Shown: positions 29,617-39,907 of the stretch, one piece after another
How the letters are laid out: the number at the start of each line of letters is the position of its first letter
Numbering within the stretch: position 1 is the first letter of the stretch
Source of the DNA: an uncultured Nitrososphaerota archaeon
GTDB lineage: Archaea > Thermoproteota > Nitrososphaeria > Nitrososphaerales > CADDZS01
Direction: 5' to 3'
DNA length: 64,000 nt
NCBI GenBank assembly: GCA_963799845.1
Contig: CAWCYI010000006.1
Location: 1,664,001-1,728,000 of the forward strand
Notes under the pieces: generated by a model
Databases searched by the model: none
What the model was told of the DNA's origin: nothing
Seen by the model: only the letters and a program-made list of their open reading frames with translations
Program-made: the position numbers and the translations under genes

Positions 29617-30867
29617 CTAGATTGTAGTCATCGAAGTATGACTGGTTTCTGAAGTCGTACTCGAAGTGCCGCTTGTTGTTGTCGTTGTGTTTGCGATGGT
29701 CAGTGAAATAAGTTGATACTCTGAGATCTCCGTCCCCGTCGCAGGTGACGAAATGTAAGAGTCAACCAACGTTACCAGGGTTGTATTTGTTCCAGGAAGC
29801 TTTCCCACCTGAATTATCGTATACCCCGTGGAGTTTAGTTGGGGCACGCTGGAATTACCGCAGTTTGAGTCCGAATTTGACGACGTTGTCGAGCTCGAAG
29901 AGTTAGAGGCTGGTATCGTCACGTTGTAATTTGTAACGTCCATCGTTACATTTCCAAGATTGATTGTTGTTTGATTGATTTCGGTCATTACCTGATAATC
30001 CGATTGCACCGCTGAAATTATGCTTGAGTAAAGCAACGAAAGTTCGAAAAAGACCATAAGATCTGCAGCAGTTGAAGTAGCGAGAGCACCCGTTATGGTA
30101 TTGCTCCCTGAAACAATCAGCGTTGCATTCCACGCAGGATTAAAATAAATTGTTCCAGTCTGATTTTGTGATCCTCCGAACGATTGCGTTCCATTCGTTG
30201 AAAGATCTAAAGTATAATTCACTAAAGTGAATTGACTCCCGTTGATTACCTTAGTCCCAACTACAGAGTACGATCCAAGTATAAGCTCGGTTACATTAAC
30301 GACACTCGAATTTCCGAGCGTTGACTCATTTAGATTAGAGTTTATGTAAAATCGGAGAGACATTTGGGAAAAGTTTCCTAAAAGATCCTTTGTCATACTT
30401 GAGGAAAAGATGCCCGAAAGAATATTCAAAACGCCTGATTGCGACTCGCTCGTAGAATAAGTGCAGGTGCTTGACTCTGTGAGTGTAGTCGCATAAGTCA
30501 ACGATGTTTCCATAGAAGTTTCCGTTGTAGTGAAAAGCGTTGTAGTCGAGGTGACTGACGATTGTGTCTCGTAAGAGGTTGTGGATGGTTCTGTCTCGGA
30601 AGAGGTTGACGTCGAGCCAGTACTCGTGGATGTTGAGCCGCTGCTCGTGGACGTTGAACTCGTCGCTGGTTGAGCAGAGCTACTCGATGAAGGCTGTGTT
30701 GACGAAGATGTTTCGGGAACAACCGTACTCGAAATCGATTCGGTTGCATTCTTGTTCTGAGTAAAGGCGTAGTAACCACCGACTCCGGCGGCTCCGACAA
30801 TTAAGAATGTGACCACAACGGTAACCACACTGGCGACTGCATTCCCCGAATGCCCGTAGCGTAACAT
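29617..30867 (-). CDS. Membrane-anchored Ser/Thr-rich cell-surface glycoprotein
   Basis: N-terminal TM helix, long S/T linkers, many N-x-S/T sequons. Confidence 0.75.
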   Translation of the reverse strand: MLRYGHSGNAVASVVTVVVTFLIVGAAGVGGYYAFTQNKNATESISSTVVPETSSSTQPSSSSSAQPATSSTSTSSGSTSTSTGSTSTSSETEPSTTSYETQSSVTSTTTLFTTTETSMETSLTYATTLTESSTCTYSTSESQSGVLNILSGIFSSSMTKDLLGNFSQMSLRFYINSNLNESTLGNSSVVNVTELILGSYSVVGTKVINGSQFTLVNYTLDLSTNGTQSFGGSQNQTGTIYFNPAWNATLIVSGSNTITGALATSTAADLMVFFELSLLYSSIISAVQSDYQVMTEINQTTINLGNVTMDVTNYNVTIPASNSSSSTTSSNSDSNCGNSSVPQLNSTGYTIIQVGKLPGTNTTLVTLVDSYISSPATGTEISEYQLISLTIANTTTTTSGTSSTTSETSHTSMTTI

Positions 30868-31069
30868 CGTGCCTCAATCACCCTTGTCAGCGTAGAGATT
30901 TAGGAAACACGTCGAATTTAGAAAAAACACGGTCATACTATTCTGGAATATGGCAATAATCTGTAATAAATAGGCATATCTCGGAAATCGAAATCTCCCT
31001 CGATGCCTGATTTCAACCGCCTGCCTCTTTGTAAAATGTGAAATAAGCGATGCCTCGGCGGGACCTTGC

Positions 31070-33116
31070 TTGAGCTCAAAGTTACTTGAAACTTTCATCG
31101 GCATAGATGTCGGAGGAACATTTACGGACGTCATCCTCTTCAATGCAAGTTCAAAGGAAACTAAAGTTATCAAAGTCTCCACTTCTCCTGGGAAAATCGA
31201 GGAGGCGATAGTTAACGCTCTCTCCTCCGAAGACATTGATCCTTCCAACACAAAGATGATGAGCCATGCTACTACAACTGCGACAAATGCTCTTCTAACA
31301 TCTAGCGGTCTCGCGAAAACGGCATTGGTTACTAACGCGGGATTCAGGGATGTTCTAGAAATCGGGCGGCAAAGAAGACCCGAGATATACAACCTCTACA
31401 GCAAAAGGCCAACTCCGCTCGTCAAGAGACACGATCGTTATACGATTAAGAGTAGAATGCTCTATGATGGTAAGGAGTGAGGGCCCGTTCAGGGAACGGA
31501 AGTGCGGCGTCTTGCAAAAAAGCTCGCACGGGAAAAGTATGATTGCGTCGTTGTTGGGCTCCTCAATTCATACGCCAATCCCTCTCATGAAGCGGCAGTG
31601 GAAAAAATAATCAAGAGAGATTACGACGGACGGATCGTCACGTCAAGTAGTGTGAATAACGAGTACAGAGAATACGAGAGATTCAGCACCGCAGTGGTTA
31701 ATGCCGCCCTTATTCCACTTGTCTCAAACTACCTCGATAATCTGAGCAAGAGTCTGAAGACCAAAGGCTTCGTTGCCCCAATTTACATAATGAACTCGGA
31801 TGGTAATGTGAGCTCCCTTGCACAGGCTTCTAGATTTCCCATATCCATTATTGAATCGGGTCCCGCCGCCGGAGTTCTTGCATGTGCTGACCTAGCGAAA
31901 TCACTTTCCCTCCTTAAGGTGGCGACTTTTGACATGGGCGGCACAACTGCAAAGGCCGGCATGATTACCAACTATCAGCCGGACATTTCATATGAGTTCG
32001 AAGCTTCGGGATCTACCCACAGCGGAAGATCGATCAAGGGAAGTGGATACCCCGTCAGGTACCCGTTTGTCGATCTGGCGGAGGTCAGCTCTGGCGGAGG
32101 AACCATTGCCTGGGTTGATGATGGTGGGGCGTTGCGGCTGGGTCCCAAGAGCGCTGGGGCAGAACCTGGGCCTGCAGCCTATGGGAGGGGTGGAGTCAAT
32201 CCCACAATAACTGATGCTAACATAATTCTTGGGCGTCTCAGTCCCGTCCATCTTCTGGGAGGTAAGATGAATGTTCATCCTGAGCTTGCAAGGAAAGCTA
32301 TCCTAGAACATGTCGCGGATAAACTTCGCTTGACAGCTGGCGAAGCTTCCCAGGCAATCATCAGGCTGGTAAATCACAACATGGCAAGGGCAATTTCGAT
32401 TGTTTCCGTTGAACGTGGGCGCGACCCGAGAGAGTACACACTTTTTTCTTTTGGTGGCGCAGGACCGCTGCATGCGTGCGATTCTGGCCGAAGAAATGTC
32501 AATTACTAGAGTTATAGTACCGCTTCACCCTGGACTATTCTCGGCATACGGTCTCCTGACGGTGGATCTAGCGAGGATGTTTTCGATTCCGGTAATGAGC
32601 ACAGATCTTCAATCACTGGGCAGGGTGTTTCATAAACTAAGGAAAGAGTGCGTGAAAGAACTCCACATAGAGAAACTGGACAATTTTGTGTTGAATGAGT
32701 CCGTCGATGTTAGGTATCAAGGTCAATCATACGAAATCAATCTTCCCCACCAGCCCCCGGACTCGTTAAGAAATCTCTTCGATGCAAAACACAAGGAACT
32801 CTATGGTTACTCGTCACCTGAGGCAAATGTTGAGGTTGTCAACGCGAAAATCAAAGCCGTAGTTCCGGTTCCGAAAATTGAGAGAAAGAGGGAGGAAATC
32901 ATTACAAGTCGTGAACCAAGAGAAATGGGAAATCGAGAGGCTTGGGTTTCCGGAAAGAATTCTCTAGTTCCTGCATATGTCCGCGAAGAGCTTTCCCCGG
33001 GAAATAATGGCGTCGGACCGGCAATAGTGGAGGAATATGACTCGACGACTGTTATCAACAGCAGCTGGTCTTGGATGATTGATGAATATCGTAATATCCG
33101 TTTAGAAAGGATTTAG
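31070..33116 (+). CDS. Hydantoinase A / 5-oxoprolinase ATP-binding subunit (in-frame TGA at 31478, frameshift near 32480)
   Basis: GIDVGGTFTD, HATTTATNALL, REYERFSTAVVNA, ESGPAAG, DMGGTT, FGGAGPLHA, VRYQGQSYE, GPAIVEEYDST. Confidence 0.88.
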
Positions 33117-34810
33117 ATGAAGTTGATCGATCCAATCACCTCCGATCTAATTCGGAGCTCGCTGCTCTATGCGAGTGAAGAAATGGGGATTGCCCTAAGA
33201 AATTCCTCGTATTCACCAAACATTAAGGAGAGGATGGATCATTCTGCTGCAATTTTTGATCCGGTTGGAAGACTGCTCTCGCAGGCGGAACATATCCCCG
33301 TTCATCTGGGTTCACTGCCCTGGGGTATGAAAAATCTCTTGGATTACGCAGACGCTGAGCATATGATCCTCGAGGAGGGCACTATGATAGTTACGAACAA
33401 TCCCTACATCGCTGGCACTCATTTGAATGATATAACTGTCGTGCGCCCGATCTATCATACGGGACAACTAGTCGCATTCGCCGCTAACAAGGCGCATCAC
33501 TCGGACGTTGGTGGAAGAGTGCCCGGAAGCATTTCTGTCGACGCTCATAGCTTGTATGAAGAAGGACTCGTGATCAACCCATCCTATCTGATGAGACGGG
33601 GCGAGTTCGACCACCAGGTTATATCTCTCATAACGTCGAATTCGCGTACTCCGATTGAAAGAACGGGGGACCTGAAAGCGCAGGTCGCAGCAAACTATGT
33701 GGGAGAGAAGAGAGTGCTCGAGATCGTTGAAAAATACGGGCGCGACAGCTTCCAGGAATCCTCCACACGCTCGTTTGAGTACGCGGAAAAGATGATGCGT
33801 TCAAGACTGTCGCAAATCAAGAAGGGTCGCTATTCAGCTGAAGACGTGCTGGAATCCCCGGACGGTGACGACATCAAATTAAAAGTCAGTGCCACGGTGG
33901 GCGATGACGGAACGCTCGAATTCGATTATACTGGAACGGCAAAGCAGGTCGAGAATCCAATGAATTCTGTCTTTGGGGTAACTATCTCTGGAGTCCACTA
34001 CGTCGTCAGGACACTTATTGGAGATGACGTACCCGCGAACTACGGGGCTTTCTCCGCCCTAAAAATATTCGCCCCTCAAGGAACGATAATAAACCCGACG
34101 TTCCCACATCCCGTAGCGATTGGTAATCTCGAGACGAGTCAGAGAAATGCTGATCTAGTTTTTCGAGCGTTGTCCAAAGTCCTTCCAGACAGGGTTCCCG
34201 CTGCCAGTGGAGGTTCGATGAATAATATTATGATGGGCGGTATTCACAAAGGGCTGGCCTGGGCGTTTTACGAAACAATGGGCGTCGGCCTGGGCGCTAG
34301 ACCGAAACTTGATGGGATCGACGGTATCCAGTGCAACATGACCAACACGATGAACACTCCGGCCGAAGACATTGAGCGGTCGCTGCCTGTCCTCTTGAGA
34401 ATGTACGAATTTCGACCGGACAGTTCCGGGGCAGGAAAATTTAGGGGAGGATGCGGATTAGTCAGGATGTTCGAGATTACCGGCGAATCCACAACCGTTA
34501 CAATCGTCTCTGATCGATCGCGGCATCATCCTTGGGGTCTGAAGGGCGGAAAAGAGGGATCGTGTGTCGAGGTCATCCTACACGAAAAGATAGGGAACAA
34601 GACGAAGAAAAAGAAAGTGCCCGCAAAGACCACCCTGGTATTGAAACGAGGAGATTCCATTGAGCTTCGAACCGCGGGCGGAGGAGGTTTTGGTAATCCA
34701 TCATCGCGCGAAATGTCAAGTATTGAAGAGATCTCAGGAATGGTATGTTATCAGAAGGTTATGTGAGGAAAAACTATCCTGCATCTGATCGCAAGTGTAT
34801 GCGCAATTAG
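33117..34810 (+). CDS. Hydantoinase B / 5-oxoprolinase subunit (C-terminal frameshift near 34730)
   Basis: SPNIKERMDHS, HIPVHLGS, GTHLND, AHHSDVGG, SGAGKFRGG, TAGGGGFG. Confidence 0.9.
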
Positions 34811-34909
34811 AAATTTCTAGAACTGTTCGAAGCAACTCTTAGGCACGAATCCATGGAGAAACGGCGCGAAAATGTGATGGCTGCGTCGTAAAAGTCGCCT
34901 AGCTTGCTT

Positions 34910-35551
34910 TCAGGCCATCTCTTCTTCAAACTTCTGCAAGGACATGTGCTCTAAACAATAGACGATAGCTCGATTCGCGCTTTCAATAATAGAATCTAGA
35001 GGTAGTGAGGGATAGTTCTTGTTGTTGTTTCTCGCGATCCATTCGCTGTGGCAGGGAATATGTATGAAACCACCGCTGAAATTCTGCCTTCTCGCCTCTC
35101 GGACGATGACAAACATTGCGTTGTTGCACAGGTACCCTCCGGCAGACAGACTGATAGAAGAGGGGATACCGCTCTTGTTGAGAGATTCCACCATGCCTTC
35201 GACCGGGAGGTTGGTAAAAATGCCATCAGGAAGTTTGGGGTCAATTGGTGTTCCTTTCATTATCCTTCCCGCGTTATCCGGTTCGCTCGCATATCGATAA
35301 TTTACGGCGATCTTTTCCGGAGTGATCTTCTGGCGACTTTGAGCAAGCCCGAAGCCGATTACGAGTTGCGGCCTGACTCTCGTTAGTTGAGTGACGATTT
35401 TTTCCTCGACCATAGAATAGTCGACAGGCAGAACTACACTCGTTACTTCGTGATCTTTTATCTTTCTATTTTGGAGATGCTGAACCAGTAGCTGGGATGG
35501 GTTTTCGTCAAACTCCAGAAACGGCTCGAATCCAAATACGAGGATGGACAT
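34910..35551 (-). CDS. pcp: Pyroglutamyl-peptidase I (C15)
   Basis: GFEPF, NPS, ITPEKIAVN, SAGGYLCN, GFIHIP (Glu-Cys-His triad). Confidence 0.92.
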   Translation of the reverse strand: MSILVFGFEPFLEFDENPSQLLVQHLQNRKIKDHEVTSVVLPVDYSMVEEKIVTQLTRVRPQLVIGFGLAQSRQKITPEKIAVNYRYASEPDNAGRIMKGTPIDPKLPDGIFTNLPVEGMVESLNKSGIPSSISLSAGGYLCNNAMFVIVREARRQNFSGGFIHIPCHSEWIARNNNKNYPSLPLDSIIESANRAIVYCLEHMSLQKFEEEMA

Positions 35552-35593
35552 GTGCTAGACAGGATAAGCGCTCGATTTATCGATTTTGCGATT

Positions 35594-36073
35594 CTAGGGG
35601 TAGATGCGCTCTCCAGTTTCCTCGTCTTCCAATATTATTGCGCGATACGGACACGATTGTGCGGCGTAGAATATCCTTTCGGGATCGGCTCCCTTCTTGT
35701 CAAGCAAGACCAGCGGTGCGGGATCAAAGACAGATTTTTTCTTTTCCCAGTCCAGCCTGAATACCTTTGGTGCCAGTTCAACGCAGCTGGCGGCCCCCAT
35801 ACACGAATTCCAATCCACCTTTATGCCGACCTTTCTTTCTCCGACCACCATCCCAGTCCACCAGCCGCCCTTCTCGCTTGAGAATTTTTTCTTTATCTTC
35901 GTGTCAATTATTAGGGCGATTGCGGCGGGAACAGAAACAAACTCGAGAAAAACAAGTGATTGTGTTCCGCCGAAATAGAAGTAGATAAGTAAGGCTAATG
36001 CGACGATGCCAGCGAACCCAACAACCAGAACGAATCTGAATGAACTTGACCAGTTTGTCGTTTTAGGTTTCAA
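35594..36073 (-). CDS. Membrane-anchored single-cluster ferredoxin
   Basis: Two N-terminal TMs, then CMGAASC...AP..F...AAQSCPYRAI. Confidence 0.75.
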   Translation of the reverse strand: MKPKTTNWSSSFRFVLVVGFAGIVALALLIYFYFGGTQSLVFLEFVSVPAAIALIIDTKIKKKFSSEKGGWWTGMVVGERKVGIKVDWNSCMGAASCVELAPKVFRLDWEKKKSVFDPAPLVLLDKKGADPERIFYAAQSCPYRAIILEDEETGERIYP

Positions 36074-36314
36074 TCAAGAATGCTCAATTGTTCCTTTAGG
36101 CTTTTCCCCAGATTCCCGATGATGCCGGTAATTGCAATCTTTCGTGTGGACGTTAGGGATTGAGATATTGTTTCCCAATTGCCGTTCCTTGACTATGGTT
36201 CGAATATCTTGTTAAAAATCCGTAAATTCCATTCGTCAGGAACGTGGTTTAGGACCCCGGATTGGAGACTAATCTAGATACGCTTTTATCATTCGATCTT
36301 CCTATCAAAAACTT

Positions 36315-36710
36315 ATGAGCATGCTCTTGGAACATCTCTCGAAAGAATTCATGCGCGAAATCGGAGTCAGGTCAAGGGACGTTTATGAAATGATATTACC
36401 ACCAGTTGACATGTTTGAGGACGGTTCTGAACTTGTTGTGATGCTGGATATGCCTGGATTTGAAAAGGACAAAATCAGAACGAGGCTTTCGGAACACTCT
36501 TTGCTCGTAAGCGCAAAACGGGATCGAATTGAAAGGGACGGAATGACTTACTGGGAACAGAGACCGCTCAGAGTCCAGAAAAAAATCCAGCTCCCGGTGA
36601 AGATTGAAGTTGACGAGGAAGATGAAACTGGAGTAAAGGCGAAGTACGAGAATGGCGTGCTTACCGTGAGACTTCCGATCAAGGGAATCGGAAGGGTCGT
36701 CGTAGAATAA
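36315..36710 (+). CDS. Small heat-shock protein (Hsp20)
   Basis: PPVDMFED, DMPGF, AKYENGVLTVRLP. Confidence 0.9.
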   Translation: MSMLLEHLSKEFMREIGVRSRDVYEMILPPVDMFEDGSELVVMLDMPGFEKDKIRTRLSEHSLLVSAKRDRIERDGMTYWEQRPLRVQKKIQLPVKIEVDEEDETGVKAKYENGVLTVRLPIKGIGRVVVE

Positions 36711-36712
36711 AT

Positions 36713-38323
36713 TCAGCTTCTAAAAATCACTGAAAATACCACAATAGCTAGTGACAGGACGAACCCGATTTTTCCGTCCGTCGTGTTGAGATAAAAGATC
36801 GAAAATGCGGTTCCCGCGAGTCCTATGCCGGCGATGAATCCGGGCAAGAACTTTGATCTGCGTCTTCGCGAATTTGTCATTCCTGCACTTCTCACTCCAG
36901 TCGGGTCATAGTTTTGCTCGAGATATCCCTTCAGCATGGGCATCACGTCGATTGATGCGTCGAGCGCTTTTCCGATGCGCTTCATCAGATCCCTGATCTC
37001 CTCCTGGTAGGCTTCATCCACAAGCCCCTCTTCCTCCAGAACGTTTCCCAGAATGTGCACGAATCGGAATTTTGGATCAAGGGCAAGGCACACCCCTTCG
37101 AGGATCGACAGCATTCTCATGTAAAGGACGAGGCTCTTCGGGAGTCGAAAAGGGAACTGATAGATCGTCCGGTTTGCGATTTCAAGGAGTGCCTTTACTT
37201 CCGTCTCCTCGACCTTCTGGCCGTGCATGTCGGCGAGCGCCAGCTCGACTCCCCGCCGAATAACGTACCGGTTCGTGTCCGGCTGCAGCAGTCCCAGGGC
37301 GACCATCATGTCAACAACTCTAGAAGCGTTCATATCGACCAGCGCCGAGTAAAATCTGACGAGTTTGATCCTAGTTTCGGGATCCAAAGTACCGGTCATT
37401 CCAAAATCGTACAGGACGATTTTTGTAAGCTTCTTGCCCTCAGGAGATTCTTCCACCATGATCGAGATGTTGCCGGGATGGGGATCAGCGTGGAAAAGAC
37501 TCTGGCTCAAAAGCATCGTGAAAAAGATCTTCGCTACTCGTCGCGCAAGTTTTTTTCTGTCGACACCGGCGGCATCGAGTTCCTTCACATTGCTGATTTT
37601 GATTCCGCCGATATATTCCAAGACGAGAACGCTTTCAGATGAAATTTCCGGATAAACTCGGGGTATCAGAACGTCCTTCTGCGATCTGAGATTTTTCTTG
37701 ATACCCGCCAGATTCTCGGCTTCCTTTTTGTAGTTCATCTCCTCTTTTACCGTCTCGGAGAACTGCTCGACCACAGATTGAGCGGTAACCTTGAGGGACT
37801 GATCGATGAACCTACCGATCAGGGGAACAACTCGAAACAGAACTTTGGTGTCAATTCTCATCTGCTCGTGGATTCCCGGCCTGTTGACCTTGACGACGAC
37901 GTCGTCGCCCTTGTACTTTGCACGATACACCTGACCAAGGCTGGCACCCGTAACCGCGCTCGCATCAAAGGAATCAAAGACTTCTATGATGGGCTTTCCC
38001 AGATCTTTCTCTATCGTCGGCTTTACTTCTTCAAAAGGAGCCGCGGGGACTTCGTCCTGGAGTTTCGCGAACTCGTCGATATACGGTTGAGGAATTACAT
38101 CGGGCCGCACAGAGAGCAGCTGACCGAGTTTGATGTACGCAGGACCAAGCTCGATGAATGTCTCGACCGCTTTCTTCCCGTGTTTTTTGTATACCCCTGG
38201 ATGAACGAGCCTGCCCTCGGCTCTGCGTATTTCCCTTCGATCGCGTCGATAGTTTAGAGCAACCGGGAGAAGCTTCCACATCACCTGGATGAAGCGCTTT
38301 GTTTCCGGCTTGAGCAATGGCAT
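36713..38323 (-). CDS. AarF/ABC1/UbiB atypical kinase
   Basis: LGPAYIKLGQ, ASLGQVY, VVVKV, FHADPHPGN, YDFGM. Confidence 0.92.
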   Translation of the reverse strand: MPLLKPETKRFIQVMWKLLPVALNYRRDRREIRRAEGRLVHPGVYKKHGKKAVETFIELGPAYIKLGQLLSVRPDVIPQPYIDEFAKLQDEVPAAPFEEVKPTIEKDLGKPIIEVFDSFDASAVTGASLGQVYRAKYKGDDVVVKVNRPGIHEQMRIDTKVLFRVVPLIGRFIDQSLKVTAQSVVEQFSETVKEEMNYKKEAENLAGIKKNLRSQKDVLIPRVYPEISSESVLVLEYIGGIKISNVKELDAAGVDRKKLARRVAKIFFTMLLSQSLFHADPHPGNISIMVEESPEGKKLTKIVLYDFGMTGTLDPETRIKLVRFYSALVDMNASRVVDMMVALGLLQPDTNRYVIRRGVELALADMHGQKVEETEVKALLEIANRTIYQFPFRLPKSLVLYMRMLSILEGVCLALDPKFRFVHILGNVLEEEGLVDEAYQEEIRDLMKRIGKALDASIDVMPMLKGYLEQNYDPTGVRSAGMTNSRRRRSKFLPGFIAGIGLAGTAFSIFYLNTTDGKIGFVLSLAIVVFSVIFRS

Positions 38324-38336
38324 GAGGATTTCTCTT

Positions 38337-38699
38337 TCAGAATAACAGCCACTTTAGTTTGCGAAGAATACTATTGAGCGACAAGAAAATCAATAGGAAA
38401 CTCAGCGGGCCGCCCAATGAGCGGGAATGATTTTTTGCAGAACTGTTTAGAATCGTCGCTGCTCCGAAGGCAACCAGAGTTTCCGGGGAATCGCGAACGA
38501 GATGGCCCACTGGATCTAAGCGCGGGTCTACTTGATCTTGATGGATTTCAAAATAATTCTCGTATTCTCTGACGTGAAGGCCGTTCGCACCCCTGTATTG
38601 CCTCAAACATCCTCTTGGATCACCGAGGAGCGTCTCGTCGAATTCGAACCCATCGAGGGAGGGCAGCACTTCTTTGGAGACTAGAAAAGAATCGTCCAT
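38337..38699 (-). CDS. Hypothetical protein
   Basis: Clean ATG ORF operonic with the kinase; LHVREY...DPRLDPVGHLVRDSPE. Confidence 0.65.
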   Translation of the reverse strand: MDDSFLVSKEVLPSLDGFEFDETLLGDPRGCLRQYRGANGLHVREYENYFEIHQDQVDPRLDPVGHLVRDSPETLVAFGAATILNSSAKNHSRSLGGPLSFLLIFLSLNSILRKLKWLLF

Positions 38700-38789
38700 G
38701 CCGACCCGTCCATATTGACGAGTCCGTCTCCCTCAATTCAATTTATGGGTTTCAAAAAATGGGGAGGTCGATCCGAAGATCGACTCCGA

Positions 38790-38950
38790 TGTAAGACTAG
38801 GGATTCATTGTCTACCTGCGTCACGGTCTTTCCGGTCGCAGTCCCGTATAAAGCCGAAACCTAGACGGTTGCTATCACTAGAACTGCAACGATCGGCCGA
38901 AAAATCGCGTTGGTTACTCCGCTCTTGATTCCCGAAAATTTGTTCGTCAT
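38790..38950 (-). pseudogene. Remnant N-terminus of a secreted/membrane protein
   Basis: MTNKFSGIKSGVTNAIF...IVAVLVIATV*...LYGTATGKTVTQ resembles a signal anchor with no body. Confidence 0.3.
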
Positions 38951-39043
38951 TTCCCAAATAAAACTCGGTACCTATTTAGCAGATACCAACACTGTCTTCC
39001 ATGTCTGTTACAGATTTGTTACAAGTTCCGGAGTTTGATATCT

Positions 39044-39826
39044 TCACTTGAATCGCGCGTCGATGAGCTTGATGTCGGCCTCGGACAATCTCCAGCCTGA
39101 TGCATCGCAGTTTTCCCTCACGTGTTGCGTGTTGTCCGCCTTCGGGATCGCCACAACATTTTCTTCGCGCGTCAGAAAGTTTAGAGCAACCTGAGCTCTC
39201 GTCTTTCCATATTTTGCAGCGATCTTGTCGAGCACCTCGTCCTTCTTCTTGCTTACCTGACCGCGAGATAGCGGCGAGTACGCAACTATCGTAATTTTTT
39301 GTTCCTTGCAGAAAGGAATCAGCTCATTCTCGACACCCCTTGTCGCGAGATTGTATTCGACCTGATTTGACACTATTTCCTGGGACGACATAGCATCCTG
39401 CGCTTGCCTCAGATCTTCGACAGAAAAGTTGCTCACGCCGATATACCTTATCTTTCCTTTCTTGACCAGATCTTCCATCGCCTTCATTGTCTCTTTGATC
39501 GGGATGCGTGGATTCGGCCAGTGGATCATGTAGAGATCGATTACCTTGGTATCAAGCCGGCTCAGGCTACCTTCGGCCGCCTTGATCACATCGTCGTAAT
39601 GCAGATGTTGCGGCGAAACCTTGGTCGCAAGAAAAACTTTGTCCCTGATGTCAGCGATGGCTTTGCCGACAACGCCCTCGGTCCCATACATCTCCGCGGT
39701 ATCCACATGAGTCGCGCCGAGTGAAACTCCAAGCCTCAACGGCTCGACCCCACCTCGGTACGCCCAAGTTCCCTGTCCGATTTCCGAAATCTTGATCCCG
39801 CTTTTTCCAAGAGATTTTTGAAGCAT
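39044..39826 (-). CDS. Aldo/keto reductase
   Basis: IGQGTW, DTAEMYG, IDLYMIHWP, IGVSNF, AYSPL, AIPKA. Confidence 0.92.
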   Translation of the reverse strand: MLQKSLGKSGIKISEIGQGTWAYRGGVEPLRLGVSLGATHVDTAEMYGTEGVVGKAIADIRDKVFLATKVSPQHLHYDDVIKAAEGSLSRLDTKVIDLYMIHWPNPRIPIKETMKAMEDLVKKGKIRYIGVSNFSVEDLRQAQDAMSSQEIVSNQVEYNLATRGVENELIPFCKEQKITIVAYSPLSRGQVSKKKDEVLDKIAAKYGKTRAQVALNFLTREENVVAIPKADNTQHVRENCDASGWRLSEADIKLIDARFK

Positions 39827-39907
39827 AATCGAATCGAAGAAATTGACAAACAATGCTCAGATAATGATTGCTATGTTTTTATTTGCAATCCAGTGGGTCA
39901 ATCCAGA

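Noticed and set aside
30480-30720. Repetitive sequence suggestive of an array
   Set aside because: Encodes the Ser/Thr linker of a surface protein (same for 58110-58300); not CRISPR.
36190-36215. GGTTCGAA T-loop-like motif
   Set aside because: No cloverleaf or acceptor stem around it; not a tRNA.
37055-38257. Long plus-strand ORFs (195 and 159 aa)
   Set aside because: Antisense to the ABC1 kinase.
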